From an uncultured Actinomycetota bacterium (GTDB lineage Bacteria > Actinomycetota > UBA4738 > HRBIN12), in NCBI GenBank assembly GCA_963839395.1, contig CAWIUW010000004.1, positions 37,545-101,544 of the forward strand: a stretch of DNA of 64,000 nt, read 5' to 3'. The translations under genes and the position numbers were made by a program. Each line of letters opens with the position of its first letter. Within the stretch, counting starts at the first letter, position 1. Under the pieces are notes generated by a model. That model did not search any database. It saw only the letters and a list, made by a program, of their open reading frames with translations, and was not told the origin of the DNA. Of the stretch, positions 48,859 through 58,982 are shown in pieces.

Positions 48859-49025
48859 CGCGTCGCCACCCAGCTGGTGCTCTTGCTCTCGGATCGATCG
48901 AGCCACGCGTGTCCTTCCGTCCAGGCATGGTGGAACCCGCTCACCGCGGTCCCTCCGGATTATCGGCGTGGCCACGACCACATGGAGTCCCCTCGTTGGG
49001 GGCGACCTGGGCCCCCGTCCGGGGG

Positions 49026-50159
49026 TCAGGCCTGGTCAGGAAGGACTGGGAGCACTCCCGGTGTGGAGCCGGCGACCGGCATCTCGTCGGGGGAGGGCCA
49101 CCGAGCGCGGGACTTCGCCGCGAGCTTGAACATCAGCTCGACCGCCTTCGGGTCCTCGGCTCCCGGGCGGTGCTCGATCACGCCGTCGGCCGTCGCTCGA
49201 TCCCAGATGTCCTGCCCTCGCTCGGTCCGGACGATCGAGAGGGTCCAGCCCTCCGACTGCCCGAGACCGCCGAAGGAGATGTCGGCGTGCTCGGCGGCGA
49301 AGTCGGGGCAGCGAAGGCAGCCGGGCCTCGTGTACTGCTGGGCATCCTTGAGCGAGTAGATGACCTCGTCACCGGTGTCCGTGTAGAAGAGCAGCTTCCC
49401 TTTCACGTTGACGCGGACGAGATGGTCGAGATCCAGGCCGAGCTCCTTCTGGGCGATCTCGCCCATCAGCCCGTCGTACGTGAACGACTTCGAGCAGAGG
49501 AGCCCGAAGGTCCACGCGATCTTCCGCCGCCATTTGTTCACGCGCCGAGCCTCCAGCGCCCCCGTCGCGCTGGACTGGCAGCCCATCCCCACGAGGGCGA
49601 GCTTCGAGAGCCCCAATTCCGCCGCCTTCAGGAGTGCGAGCGGGTTCGCGGAGTAGGTGTACCGAGACCCCGCGGTGGCGAGCACGCCCTCCGCATCGGT
49701 GACGACGGTCGGTTCGGCGTCCCATTTCCGTTCGTCGGAGAGCTTCGAGGTCAAGGCCCCGTCGATCTCGCCGTTCCGCAAGCCCCAGAGAAGCAGCGCC
49801 GAAACGGCGCCTCCGTCCTGGCCGTGCATGAGCGCTTCCTGCCCGGTGGCTCTCGCGAGGTAGATGTCGCGGTAGTGCCCGATGACCTCCTCGGGCTTGC
49901 GGACCTGGCCGAAGAACAGCTCGTCGATCTCGGATTCCCACTCACGGAACCTCGGACATGCCCGAGTGCAGATGTCGCACCCCTTGTCGCCGTGGCTGCA
50001 GCCGTCCGGCCCCTCCGGCTGGAGCTGCACGGGAACGTCGTTCTCGTACCCCAGGACGTGGAACGGACAGGCGACGATGCAGGAGGTGCAGCCCGTGCAC
50101 AGGCCCGTGAGCACCACCTCGTTGTAGAGGTCCCGCCACTGGGTCTTCTCGACGGCCAC
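49026..50159 (-). CDS. FrhB/FdhB/FpoF-family F420-binding iron-sulfur flavoprotein
   Basis: N-terminal 2x[4Fe-4S] motifs ([12 protein letters not shown]; [16 protein letters not shown]) followed by FrhB_FdhB N- and C-domain-like sequence. Confidence 0.65.
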   Translation of the reverse strand: MAVEKTQWRDLYNEVVLTGLCTGCTSCIVACPFHVLGYENDVPVQLQPEGPDGCSHGDKGCDICTRACPRFREWESEIDELFFGQVRKPEEVIGHYRDIYLARATGQEALMHGQDGGAVSALLLWGLRNGEIDGALTSKLSDERKWDAEPTVVTDAEGVLATAGSRYTYSANPLALLKAAELGLSKLALVGMGCQSSATGALEARRVNKWRRKIAWTFGLLCSKSFTYDGLMGEIAQKELGLDLDHLVRVNVKGKLLFYTDTGDEVIYSLKDAQQYTRPGCLRCPDFAAEHADISFGGLGQSEGWTLSIVRTERGQDIWDRATADGVIEHRPGAEDPKAVELMFKLAAKSRARWPSPDEMPVAGSTPGVLPVLPDQA

Positions 50160-50302
50160 GTCGGCAGTGTAGTTCTCCCCATCGCCGCGGCGTGCAAGCT
50201 TCCGGTGCCGTCCGCCCGTAGTACGTTCGGCACTTCGGCTGGGTCGAAACCTGGCACACGAACCCGGGCTCGCGAGGAGCCCGTCGAGACGAGGAGGGAT
50301 GG

Positions 50303-50683
50303 ATGCACCGACGGTGGATGCGACTGCTGGGCGCCGTGTTCGCGCTCACCTTGCTGGCCGCGGCCTGCGGAGGGGACGAGACCCCGCCAGATCAGAACGG
50401 CGGCAGCCCCGCCGAGAGTCCCGCCGGCGACGATGGCGGCGGCGCGGATCTCACGATCGTGGACTTCGCGTTCTCACCGACGGACCTCTCCGTGACCGAG
50501 GGGCAGACGATCACGGTCACCAACATCGGCGAGACCTCGCACACGTTCACGACGGACGACGATGTGATCGACCAGACGATCGGGGCGGGCGAGACGGTGG
50601 AGGTCACGCTCGCGGGTGTGAGCAGCGGCGGGTTCCATTGCCGGTTCCACTCACAGATGACGGGAACGCTCACCGTCGGCTGA
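50303..50683 (+). CDS. Cupredoxin (type-1 blue copper) lipoprotein
   Basis: Lipobox LAAC. Cu ligands H (SHTF) and C-x2-H-x4-M (FHCRFHSQM). Confidence 0.7.
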   Translation: MHRRWMRLLGAVFALTLLAAACGGDETPPDQNGGSPAESPAGDDGGGADLTIVDFAFSPTDLSVTEGQTITVTNIGETSHTFTTDDDVIDQTIGAGETVEVTLAGVSSGGFHCRFHSQMTGTLTVG

Positions 50684-50717
50684 TCCGGGGCTGCGCGCCG
50701 CGGGCTGCGTGTCGCGG

Positions 50718-51074
50718 CTAGATGCTGAAGGAGTCCCCGCAGGCGCACTCGTGCGTCGCTTGCGGGTTGATCATCTTGAGGCCGCCGCCGAGGAGCGCGT
50801 CGTTGTACTCCAAGGTGGAGCCACGGACGATCGGGCTGCTCTTCGGATCGACGAGGACGCGGACGCCGTCCGCGGCCTCGATCACTGCATCGTCGTCGGC
50901 GGGGCCGTCGGCGAACGACAGCTCGTAGGTGAAGCCGGAGCATCCGCCGGCGGTCACGCGGACCCGGAGGACCGGCAACGCGCGGCCCTCCTTGAGGGCG
51001 AGCGCGGCGATCCTTCGAGCGGCCTTGTCGGTGACCGCGATGACCTCGGTGACGGAAGCGTCCATGTCCCTCAA
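50718..51074 (-). CDS. Fe-S cluster insertion protein ErpA/IscA (HesB family)
   Basis: GGCSGF...CACGDSF Cys triad. Confidence 0.85.
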   Translation of the reverse strand: MRDMDASVTEVIAVTDKAARRIAALALKEGRALPVLRVRVTAGGCSGFTYELSFADGPADDDAVIEAADGVRVLVDPKSSPIVRGSTLEYNDALLGGGLKMINPQATHECACGDSFSI

Positions 51075-51076
51075 GG

Positions 51077-52447
51077 CTACCCGACCTGCTCGCTGATGCC
51101 GAGCAGGGCTCCCTTCACGGACTCGGAGAACGTCGGATATGCGTAGACCGCACGGGCGGCCGTCGGAGCCGTCGTCCGCGCCTCCATCAGGAGCACCACC
51201 TGATGGATCAGGACCCCCGCCTCCTCGCCGACGATGTGTCCCCCGAGGAGCTCGCCCGTCCGGCTCTCTGCCACCAGCTTCACGAGGCCGTGGGTGGCGC
51301 CCTCGATGTGCGCGCGCTCGTTGTTCTCGAACCGGACGACGGACGTGATCACGTCATCGCGTTGGTCGCGAGCCTGTCGCTCGGTGAGGCCCACGCTCGC
51401 GACCTCCGGATCGCAGAAAGTCACCCGCGGGACGACCCGATAGTTCTTGCGCTCGGGGTGTCCGAGGATGTCCTTCACCACCAGTTCGGCCTCGTAGTTG
51501 CCGACGTGGGTGAAGAGGAGGTCGCCGGTCGCGTCGCCCGCCACCCAGACGCCGGGATGCGAGGTGCGGAGCGTGTCGGTCAGGACCGGCTTCCCCTCGT
51601 CGTCCAGCTCCACGCCGGCGGCGTCCAGGTCGTGGGGCGCGAACATCGGCCGCCGTCCCGTCGCGACGAGGAGCTCATCGGCGATCACGGGATCCCCGCC
51701 CTCGAGGGCAACCGTCCACGCGGATCCATCGTGATCCGCCCTCTCGATCTTCACGTCCGAGCGCACCGTGATCCCCTCGGCCTCGAGGGCGGGCACCAGC
51801 GAGGCGGCTGCCTCTTCGTCTTCCTGCGGGAGGAGATGAGGAAGGGCCTCCAGCGCCGTGACGCGTGACCCGAACCGCGCGTACAGCTGCGCGAACTCGG
51901 TCCCGATCGCCCCGGTTCCGATGACGACCAACGAGGCGGGAGCGGCCTTCGGCTCCCAGATCGCTTCCCGGTTCGTCCAATAGGGCCCGTCCGTCAGTCC
52001 GGGGATCTGGGGGAGGGTGGCCTCCGTCCCGGTTGCGAGCACGACCTTGTCGGCCTCGATCTCCGTGCCGTCCGCGAGCACCACCCGGCGTTCCCCGAGG
52101 AGGCGGGCCTCCTGCAGGAACACCCGGACCCCCACGCGTTCGAAGGGCGCGGCTCCCTCTCCGGACTGTGCATCGATCACGTCACGAGCGCGCTGCTGGA
52201 CCGCCTTGAGGTCGACCTCGACCTCCGGGATCCGCAGGCCGAAGCGCGCGCCGTCTCGCGCGAGCGCCGCGATCTTCGCCGATCGAAGCATCACCTTCGT
52301 GGGGAGGCAGCCGTAGTGGTTGCACTCGCCGCCCAGCTTGTCCCGCTCAGCGAGGGCCACCTTCATCCTCGACGACCTCGCGAGGGAGAACGCGACCTCG
52401 GAACCGGTGCCGCCTCCGCCGATCACGACGACGTCGAACCGCTCCAC
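51077..52447 (-). CDS. Pyridine nucleotide-disulfide oxidoreductase, dihydrolipoyl-dehydrogenase / mycothione-reductase-like
   Basis: FAD motif VVIGGGGTGSE. Redox CxxxxC GGECNHYGCLPTK. NAD motif VVIGTGAIGTE. C-terminal dimerisation HPT-like domain. Confidence 0.75.
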   Translation of the reverse strand: MERFDVVVIGGGGTGSEVAFSLARSSRMKVALAERDKLGGECNHYGCLPTKVMLRSAKIAALARDGARFGLRIPEVEVDLKAVQQRARDVIDAQSGEGAAPFERVGVRVFLQEARLLGERRVVLADGTEIEADKVVLATGTEATLPQIPGLTDGPYWTNREAIWEPKAAPASLVVIGTGAIGTEFAQLYARFGSRVTALEALPHLLPQEDEEAAASLVPALEAEGITVRSDVKIERADHDGSAWTVALEGGDPVIADELLVATGRRPMFAPHDLDAAGVELDDEGKPVLTDTLRTSHPGVWVAGDATGDLLFTHVGNYEAELVVKDILGHPERKNYRVVPRVTFCDPEVASVGLTERQARDQRDDVITSVVRFENNERAHIEGATHGLVKLVAESRTGELLGGHIVGEEAGVLIHQVVLLMEARTTAPTAARAVYAYPTFSESVKGALLGISEQVG

Positions 52448-52452
52448 GGGAG

Positions 52453-53676
52453 CTAGTTGGTGCCCAGGTAGCCGACGAACATCCGGGCGTACGTCCGTGC
52501 CGCGACGACCATCTCCGAGACCGCGATGGACTCGTTCGCGGTGTGCGCGAGCGAGAGCGAACCGGGTCCCACGATCACGGTCGGGATGTGCGCGTCGTTG
52601 ATGTAGAAGCGAGCGTCCGTGATGCCGGTGAATCCGACGAAGGACGGTGGGGCCCCCGTCTCGGCGGCGATCGAGTCCCGAGCGATCGCCGCGATCGCCG
52701 AGTCGCCGGTCGTCTCGGCCGCCTCGGTCCAGTCCCTCAGCGAGACCTCGATGGCGGTCGCAGGGTGTTCCGCCACGAGTTCGTCGACCAGCGTACGGAA
52801 CGGCGCGAGGACCTCCTCCGGATCGTCCTCACCCGGGACGATCCGGCGATCGATCTCCACCTCGCAGCGATCGGGGACGACGTTCGGGGCGCTGCCTCCG
52901 CTGACGAGCGCCACGTTGACCGTCGGGGCGCCGACGAGCGGATGGACCCGATCCGGCAGCGCCTCCGGCAGGCGCAGCAGGAACCGCGACATCGTGAGGA
53001 TCGCGTTGACGCCGCGATCCGGCTGCGACCCGTGCGCGGCCTTCCCGTGCGCGACGGCCCTGACCCAGGCACCGCCGCGTTCGGCGAGGGCGATCTCCAT
53101 CTCGGACGGTTCGCCCACGATCGCGGCGTCCTGGTCGAGCAAGCCCTGTTCGCGAAGGACCTTGGTGCCGTGGATCCCGGCGTGCTCCTCGTCGGCGACC
53201 AGGTGAAGGTCGAGCGTTCCGGCGAGCGAGAGGCCGGCGCGGCGGACCGCCGCGACGGCCGCGAGCGCGGACGCGATCGGTCCCTTCATGTCGCACGCCC
53301 CGCGGCCCACCAGTCTCCCGTCGACCACGGCGCCCTCGAACGGGGCGCTCGACCAGGTGGACGGTTCCCCAGCGGGAACGGTGTCGAGGTGTCCGTTCCA
53401 GGCGAGGCGTGGGCGCTCCCCGGAGCCGATCCTCGCCACCACGCTCGGACGTCCGTCCTCGGACCGGACGACCTGGATGTCGGCACCGAGGCCGGTGAGG
53501 ATGCCGATCGCCACGTCGGCGGCCTCGTCCTCGGTTCCCCCGGGGTTCTCGGATGGCGCCGCGATCAGCGCCCGTGCATAGCGGAGCACCTCGTCCGGAT
53601 CCGCCGCATCGGCCGCCGCATCGGCGGCCGCGCGGGCGGCCGACGACGCGGGCTCCGCGACGTCCTCGCCTACCAT
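52453..53676 (-). CDS. M20-family metallohydrolase (ArgE/DapE-like)
   Basis: NGHLDTVP, GACDMKG, HGSQP motifs. Confidence 0.75.
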   Translation of the reverse strand: MVGEDVAEPASSAARAAADAAADAADPDEVLRYARALIAAPSENPGGTEDEAADVAIGILTGLGADIQVVRSEDGRPSVVARIGSGERPRLAWNGHLDTVPAGEPSTWSSAPFEGAVVDGRLVGRGACDMKGPIASALAAVAAVRRAGLSLAGTLDLHLVADEEHAGIHGTKVLREQGLLDQDAAIVGEPSEMEIALAERGGAWVRAVAHGKAAHGSQPDRGVNAILTMSRFLLRLPEALPDRVHPLVGAPTVNVALVSGGSAPNVVPDRCEVEIDRRIVPGEDDPEEVLAPFRTLVDELVAEHPATAIEVSLRDWTEAAETTGDSAIAAIARDSIAAETGAPPSFVGFTGITDARFYINDAHIPTVIVGPGSLSLAHTANESIAVSEMVVAARTYARMFVGYLGTN

Positions 53677-53684
53677 GGCTGCGG

Positions 53685-54269
53685 ATGCTACACGCGGCCT
53701 CTCTGCAGGAAGTACTTTCGTCCGCGCTGGATCAGGCGCCGGCGCACGCGCCGGCGCCGGGCGACCGCCTGGCCGCAGTCCTCGCGCCGCTCGTCGAGTC
53801 GCCGGACCTCTCCTTGATCTTCACGGTCCGCTCCGACGCGCTGTCGCGTCACCCCGGAGAGATCTCGTTCCCGGGAGGACTCGTCGACGAGGGGGAGACA
53901 CCGGCCGACGCCGCGCGCCGGGAGGCGTTCGAGGAGATCGGCCTCGAGCCCACGCTCCCGCGACTGGTCGGCGCCCTCCCGCCCGTGCACACGTACGTCT
54001 CCGCGATCCTCGTGATCCCGTTCGTCGGGCTGCTGAAGGCACCGCCGGATCTGTTCGCGGCGGAAGCCGAGATCAAGGAGATCATCCGCGTGCCGCTCTC
54101 CGTCCTCGCCGCCGTGGAGGAGCCGATGGAGCTGCCTCGTGTCGACGGGACCGCCTGGCAGGGATGGGCATATCCGGTGGAGGACCACAGGATCTGGGGC
54201 GCGACCGGGCTGATGGTCCGTTCCTTCCTGGACGTCCTCAGGGAGGAGGCGCCGTGGACCCTGACGTGA
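53685..54269 (+). CDS. NUDIX hydrolase (CoA pyrophosphatase-like)
   Basis: Nudix box GGLVDEGETPADAARREAFEEIGL. Stop overlaps the downstream GTG (GTGA). Confidence 0.7.
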   Translation: MLHAASLQEVLSSALDQAPAHAPAPGDRLAAVLAPLVESPDLSLIFTVRSDALSRHPGEISFPGGLVDEGETPADAARREAFEEIGLEPTLPRLVGALPPVHTYVSAILVIPFVGLLKAPPDLFAAEAEIKEIIRVPLSVLAAVEEPMELPRVDGTAWQGWAYPVEDHRIWGATGLMVRSFLDVLREEAPWTLT

Positions 54270-54691
54270 GCGCACGGAAGGAGGAGCTCCGGTCGTTGCT
54301 CGGCGAGGTGGACGTGATCGCGGTCGTCGGGATCTCCTCGAAGCCGTCGCGTCCCTCCCACGGCGTCGCCGCCTACCTGCAGGACCACGGCTACCGCATC
54401 GTGCCGGTGAACCCGAACGAGACGGAGGTCCTGGGGGAGCGGGTCTATGCCTCTCTCCTCGACATCCCGCCGGACATCCATGTCGACGTCGTGGACGTGT
54501 TCCGGCGCCCCGAGCACACACCGGAAGTGGCGCGCCAGGCCGTCACGATCGGCGCGCGCGTGCTCTGGCTCCAGGAGGGGATCGTGAACGAGGAGGCGGC
54601 TCGGATCGCCGCGGACGGAGGCCTCGAGGTGATCATGGGCGTCTGCATCCGGAACGTACGTGAGCAACTGATGGCCGAAGGAGGAAGTTGA
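54266..54691 (+). CDS. CoA-binding domain protein (YccU-like)
   Basis: VIAVVGISSKPSRPSHGVAAYLQDHGYRIVPVNP. Confidence 0.7.
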   Translation: MSARKEELRSLLGEVDVIAVVGISSKPSRPSHGVAAYLQDHGYRIVPVNPNETEVLGERVYASLLDIPPDIHVDVVDVFRRPEHTPEVARQAVTIGARVLWLQEGIVNEEAARIAADGGLEVIMGVCIRNVREQLMAEGGS

Positions 54692-54692
54692 G

Positions 54693-54854
54693 ATGAAGTG
54701 GGAGTACTTCGTGGCACCGCTCCTCGAGCACAACCCGGGCGAGATCTTGAACAACTTCGGAGAGGACGGGTGGGAGCTCGTGACGATCCTGCAGCAGCAG
54801 ACGCCGGCCGGCGGTGTCTCGATGGTCGCCTACATGAAGCGGCAGCTCTCCTAA
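54693..54854 (+). CDS. DUF4177 small protein (53 aa), absent from the ORF track
   Basis: MKWEYFVAPLLEHNPGEILNNFGEDGWELVTILQQQ... Strong RBS GAAGGAGG 8 nt upstream. Lies 1 nt after the previous stop. Confidence 0.6.
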   Translation: MKWEYFVAPLLEHNPGEILNNFGEDGWELVTILQQQTPAGGVSMVAYMKRQLS

Positions 54855-54868
54855 CGAGGTTCCGGCTG

Positions 54869-55495
54869 ATGCTCCGGATCGATCACGTGGTGCTGGCCGT
54901 CCGCGATCTCGACGCGTCCGCCGCGCGCCTGTGGGAGGAGCACGGGCTCCGGTTCGCACCGGGCGGGCGTCACCCCAAATGGGGCACCGCGAACATGATC
55001 GCGCCCCTCGGGCAGGACTACCTCGAGCTCCTCGGGGTCGTCGACGAGGAGGTCGGATCGCGCACCGTGCTCGGGGGAACGCTCATGGAACTGTCGGCGG
55101 AGGGTGACCGCTGGTTCTCGGTGTGCCTCGCCGACGACGACATCGAGGCGACCGCGGCGAGGCTCGGGCTCCAGGTCCGGCCGGGCGCCCGGACGCGGGA
55201 GGACGGCACCGAGGTGCGGTGGCGCGGCGCCGGGATCGAGGAGCGCGGCGAGGACCTCTGGCTGCCCTTCTTCATCTCGTGGGACGTGCCGGCTGCGGAC
55301 CATCCCGGCGCCGCGTCCGCCGAGCACGGTGTCCCGGCGGAGGGGATCGCCTGGGCCGAGGTCGGGGGGGACGAGGCTCGGCTCCGCGAGTGGCTCGGCG
55401 GGGCGGACGTGCCGATCCGCGTGGAACGCGGCGATCCGCGGGTGCATGCGGTGGGCGTCGCGCTCCGCGACGGCGGCGAGATCGTGCTGCGCTAG
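54869..55495 (+). CDS. VOC/glyoxalase-family protein
   Basis: MLRIDHVVLAVRDLDASAARL.. typical VOC N-terminus. Confidence 0.6.
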   Translation: MLRIDHVVLAVRDLDASAARLWEEHGLRFAPGGRHPKWGTANMIAPLGQDYLELLGVVDEEVGSRTVLGGTLMELSAEGDRWFSVCLADDDIEATAARLGLQVRPGARTREDGTEVRWRGAGIEERGEDLWLPFFISWDVPAADHPGAASAEHGVPAEGIAWAEVGGDEARLREWLGGADVPIRVERGDPRVHAVGVALRDGGEIVLR

Positions 55496-56616
55496 CCGAG
55501 CGCCTGTTCCAGATCGGCGATCAGGTCGTCGACATGCTCGATCCCCACGGACAGGCGGACGAGCTCCGTCGGCACCTCGCACGGCGATCCCGCGACGCTC
55601 GCGTGCGTCATCGGGCCGGGAACCTCGATCAGTGACTCCACGCCGCCGAGCGACTCGGCGAGGAAGAACAGCTCGGTCCGCTCCGCGATCGCGATCGCTT
55701 CCTCGGCGGAAGGGGCGTCGAATGACACGATCCCCCCGAACGACGACATCTGTCGGCTCGCGACCTCGTGACCCGGATGGGACTCGAGCCCCGGGTAGTA
55801 GACACGCCCGACCTTCGGGTGAGACGCGAGCCATGCGGCGATCACCGCGGCGTTCTCCGAGTGCTTCGCCATCCGGAGCGCGAGCGTCTTCAGCCCGCGG
55901 AGGGCCAGGAAGGAGTCCATCGGACCCGGGACCGCGCCGACCGCGTTCGCCAGGAACCCGAGCCGTTCGATCCACTCGGGGTCGCTCGTGACGACGGCGC
56001 CTCCGATCAGGTCGGAGTGACCACCGATGTACTTCGTGACGCTGTGGACGACGGCGTCGGCACCGAGCTCGAGTGGCCGCTGCAGCGCGGGGGTCGCGAA
56101 CGTGTTGTCGACGACGACACGTGCGCCGGACTCGTGCGCGGCCGCCGCGACCGCCGCGACGTCGACGATCCGGAGCATCGGGTTCGACGGCGTCTCGAGC
56201 CAGACGACGCGGGTCTCTTCGCGGATGGCGTCGTGCAGATCCTCGAGATCGGTGACGTCGACGACCGAGTACGACAGCCCCCAGGGCTCGAGCACCGTGG
56301 ACAGGAGTCGGTACGTGCCGCCGTAGACGTCGTCCGGCAGCACGACGTGGTCGCCCGGACGCAACGAAAGCAGGAGTGTGGTCTCCGCCGCCATGCCGCT
56401 CCCGAACGCGAACGCGCGCTCGCCACCCTCCAGGGCGGCGAGCGCGGTCTGGAACGCCTCTCGCGTGGGGTTACCCCCACGCGCGTAGTCGAAGACCTTG
56501 GGTTTGCCGACGGACGGCTGCGCGTACGTGGACGTCTGGTAGATCGGGACGTTCACCGCACCGTATGGTGGGTCGGGATCCTGTCCGGCGTGGATCGCCG
56601 CGGTCTCGAACCTCAT
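55492..56616 (-). CDS. metB: Cystathionine gamma-synthase / gamma-lyase (PLP, Cys/Met metabolism family)
   Basis: MRFETAAIHAG start. PLP lysine in SVTKYIGGHSD. ATG overlaps the stop of the upstream DUF429 gene (ATGA). Confidence 0.8.
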   Translation of the reverse strand: MRFETAAIHAGQDPDPPYGAVNVPIYQTSTYAQPSVGKPKVFDYARGGNPTREAFQTALAALEGGERAFAFGSGMAAETTLLLSLRPGDHVVLPDDVYGGTYRLLSTVLEPWGLSYSVVDVTDLEDLHDAIREETRVVWLETPSNPMLRIVDVAAVAAAAHESGARVVVDNTFATPALQRPLELGADAVVHSVTKYIGGHSDLIGGAVVTSDPEWIERLGFLANAVGAVPGPMDSFLALRGLKTLALRMAKHSENAAVIAAWLASHPKVGRVYYPGLESHPGHEVASRQMSSFGGIVSFDAPSAEEAIAIAERTELFFLAESLGGVESLIEVPGPMTHASVAGSPCEVPTELVRLSVGIEHVDDLIADLEQALG

Positions 56617-57467
56617 CCGATCTCCGGAGGTACCTTCCATCCTCGTCCCCTCAATTCGTCGGTGGCGTCTCGCCCCTCACGGGCGAGTCGCCACAGCATG
56701 GACTTGCGCTTGGCGTCGTGACCGGGCGCGAACTCCCGGCGCGTGAGTTCCTGGCATCCCGGTGTGCCACATCCGCAGTAGCGGAACAGCACGGAGGTCT
56801 CCGGGCTCACCGCCAACGAGGCGTCCCGCCGGAGCGGGGCGAACCGCGCGGCTGGGAGCGTGACCACGGGGAGGACGATCACGCCCTCCCGTGGATCGCC
56901 GGGCGCGAAGCGCTTGCCCTGCAGGGCCAGGAGCCCCGTCAGCGCACAGAGGCCCGCGTCGATCAGGTCGATCGACGTCAGCCGGTCTGTCCGCACGCCT
57001 TGCGCCACCAAGACCCCCTCACGCCAAGCCTTCTTCCCGATCCATTTCGGGCGGAGGAACCCGCGCAACACCGTGGCGCTCGCGTGCGGGAAGACCTCCA
57101 TCGCCGTTCCCTGAGGGTCACCCGCCGCGTATCGGGGGAAGCCTGCTCGGGCGGCGGCCCGGAACACCCGGAAGCCGACCTCCATCCAGTCGTAGAACGG
57201 ATTGCCCTTGCCACGCGCGCGGGCGGGCGTAGCGAACGTGCGGATGTTCCGCTCCGCGAGGACGCGCTCGGTAAGCCGGGATCGACCGTCCGCGGCCCAC
57301 GCCGGCGGTGCGTCGATCGCGATCACATCGGGCCCCATCTCCTCGATCGTGCGGGGGACCTGCTCCACGCCGACCTTCGGCTGCACGTGGATCGGCACGC
57401 GTTGGTCGTCGAGCAGCACGAGGTCGAGGCCCTTGCCGACGCCCACATCGATCCCGAGTGCGCGCAC
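56613..57467 (-). CDS. DUF429 domain protein
   Basis: MRALGIDVGVGKGLDLVLLDD... RNase-H-like N-terminus typical of DUF429. Confidence 0.5.
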   Translation of the reverse strand: MRALGIDVGVGKGLDLVLLDDQRVPIHVQPKVGVEQVPRTIEEMGPDVIAIDAPPAWAADGRSRLTERVLAERNIRTFATPARARGKGNPFYDWMEVGFRVFRAAARAGFPRYAAGDPQGTAMEVFPHASATVLRGFLRPKWIGKKAWREGVLVAQGVRTDRLTSIDLIDAGLCALTGLLALQGKRFAPGDPREGVIVLPVVTLPAARFAPLRRDASLAVSPETSVLFRYCGCGTPGCQELTRREFAPGHDAKRKSMLWRLAREGRDATDELRGRGWKVPPEIG

Positions 57468-57476
57468 GGGCGGTGA

Positions 57477-58850
57477 TCAACCTCGACGCTGGCGAGCGAG
57501 GAACTCGAGGAGGTCGCTCCGGGTGAGCACGCCGAGCGCCTGCCCCGACTTGGTCACGACGAGGGCGGGGGTCCGTTCGAGCTCCGCGAAGGCCATCTCC
57601 ACCGGTGCGTCCCATTCGACCATCGGGATGGGAGGCGCCATCGCCTCGGCCACGTCCAGCTGGAGCGCGTCGGGATCGCGGAAGACCCGTTCCAACAGCT
57701 CGCGGTCTCGGATCGATCCGACGAACTGCGACACGTCGATCGACTCCTCGCGGACCACGGGGGCCTGCGAGATCCCGTGTTCCTGCAGGGTCTCCACCGC
57801 CTGGCGGACCTTGTCGTGGGCGTTCACGGTCACCAGCGAGGGGATCTCGCCGGACTTGGCCGACAGGACCTCTTCGACGCGGATCATCTCGGGCCGCTCG
57901 AGCATGCCGTGCTGCAGCATCCAGGTCTCGGAATAGAGCTTCGACATGTATTGGCGCCCGGTATCCGGGAGCAGGACGACGATCGTCGCATCCGGATCGT
58001 CGAGATCGCGAGCGACCGCCAGCGCCGCGAAGACGGCGGTGCCGCTCGAGCCGCCGACCAGGATCCCTTCCCGGCGGGTGATCGCGCGCGCCGTCAGGAA
58101 CGAATCCCGATCCGAGACCCGCACGTAGCGATCCACGACCGACGGGTCGAACGTGGAGGGCAGGAAGTCCTCGCCGATGCCTTCGACGAGGTAGGGCCTT
58201 GGCGTGTCGCCCGAATACAGCGATCCCTCAGGGTCCGCCCCCACCACGAGGACGTCCGGGTTCTGCTCCTTCAGGTAGCGGCCCGCGCCCGAGATCGTGC
58301 CACCGGTGCCCACTCCGCACACGAACGCCGTGAGCCGTCCATCGGTCTGTCGCCAGATCTCCGGGCCGGTCGTCTCGTAGTGGGTCAGGGGGTTCACGGG
58401 GTTGTGGTACTGGTTCGGCTGGAAGGCGCCGGGGATCTCCGCGGCCAGCCGGTCGGCGACCCGGTAATAGCTCTCCGGGGAATCGGGCGACACGGCGGTC
58501 GGGCAGATCACGACCTCGGCCCCGTAGGCGCGCAGGAGCGAGATCTTCTCCTGGCTCATCTTGTCCGGCATCACGAAGATGCAGCGGTAGCCGCGGACCG
58601 CCGCGGCGATCGCGAGCCCGTGACCCGTGTTGCCGGACGTGGGCTCGACGATCGTCCCTCCGGGCTTGAGGAGCCCGTCCCGCTCGGCCGCCTCGATCAT
58701 CCGGATCCCGATCCGGTCCTTGACGGACCCACCGGGGTTCAGCATCTCGAGCTTGGCCAGGATCGCCGGCTTCACCCCGCGGGTCACGGCACGCAGGCGC
58801 ACCAACGGTGTGTTGCCCATCGCGTCGAGGAACGAGTCGAGCACCGGCAT
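57477..58850 (-). CDS. cbs: Cystathionine beta-synthase (PLP domain + tandem CBS domains)
   Basis: PLP Lys in GGSVKDR. GTGGTISG loop. C-terminal Bateman domain. Confidence 0.85.
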   Translation of the reverse strand: MPVLDSFLDAMGNTPLVRLRAVTRGVKPAILAKLEMLNPGGSVKDRIGIRMIEAAERDGLLKPGGTIVEPTSGNTGHGLAIAAAVRGYRCIFVMPDKMSQEKISLLRAYGAEVVICPTAVSPDSPESYYRVADRLAAEIPGAFQPNQYHNPVNPLTHYETTGPEIWRQTDGRLTAFVCGVGTGGTISGAGRYLKEQNPDVLVVGADPEGSLYSGDTPRPYLVEGIGEDFLPSTFDPSVVDRYVRVSDRDSFLTARAITRREGILVGGSSGTAVFAALAVARDLDDPDATIVVLLPDTGRQYMSKLYSETWMLQHGMLERPEMIRVEEVLSAKSGEIPSLVTVNAHDKVRQAVETLQEHGISQAPVVREESIDVSQFVGSIRDRELLERVFRDPDALQLDVAEAMAPPIPMVEWDAPVEMAFAELERTPALVVTKSGQALGVLTRSDLLEFLARQRRG

Positions 58851-58982
58851 GGTGTCCCCTTCTTCTCTGCGCTTTTGGCCAACGGAGGCCCGCCCCATCG
58901 TGCCACGCGGCGCCACGGAACGTCCCGAAGTGACCTACCCGGTCGGCTCCACCTCTGGCGGTAGAGTGCCGATGTCCAGGAG

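Noticed and set aside
47131-49359. 742-aa plus-strand ORF
   Set aside because: Antisense to the multi-PAS histidine kinase. Low-complexity composition.
58851-58982. Possible SAM/S-box riboswitch upstream of cbs
   Set aside because: No recognisable SAM-IV or S-box consensus in the 130-nt leader.
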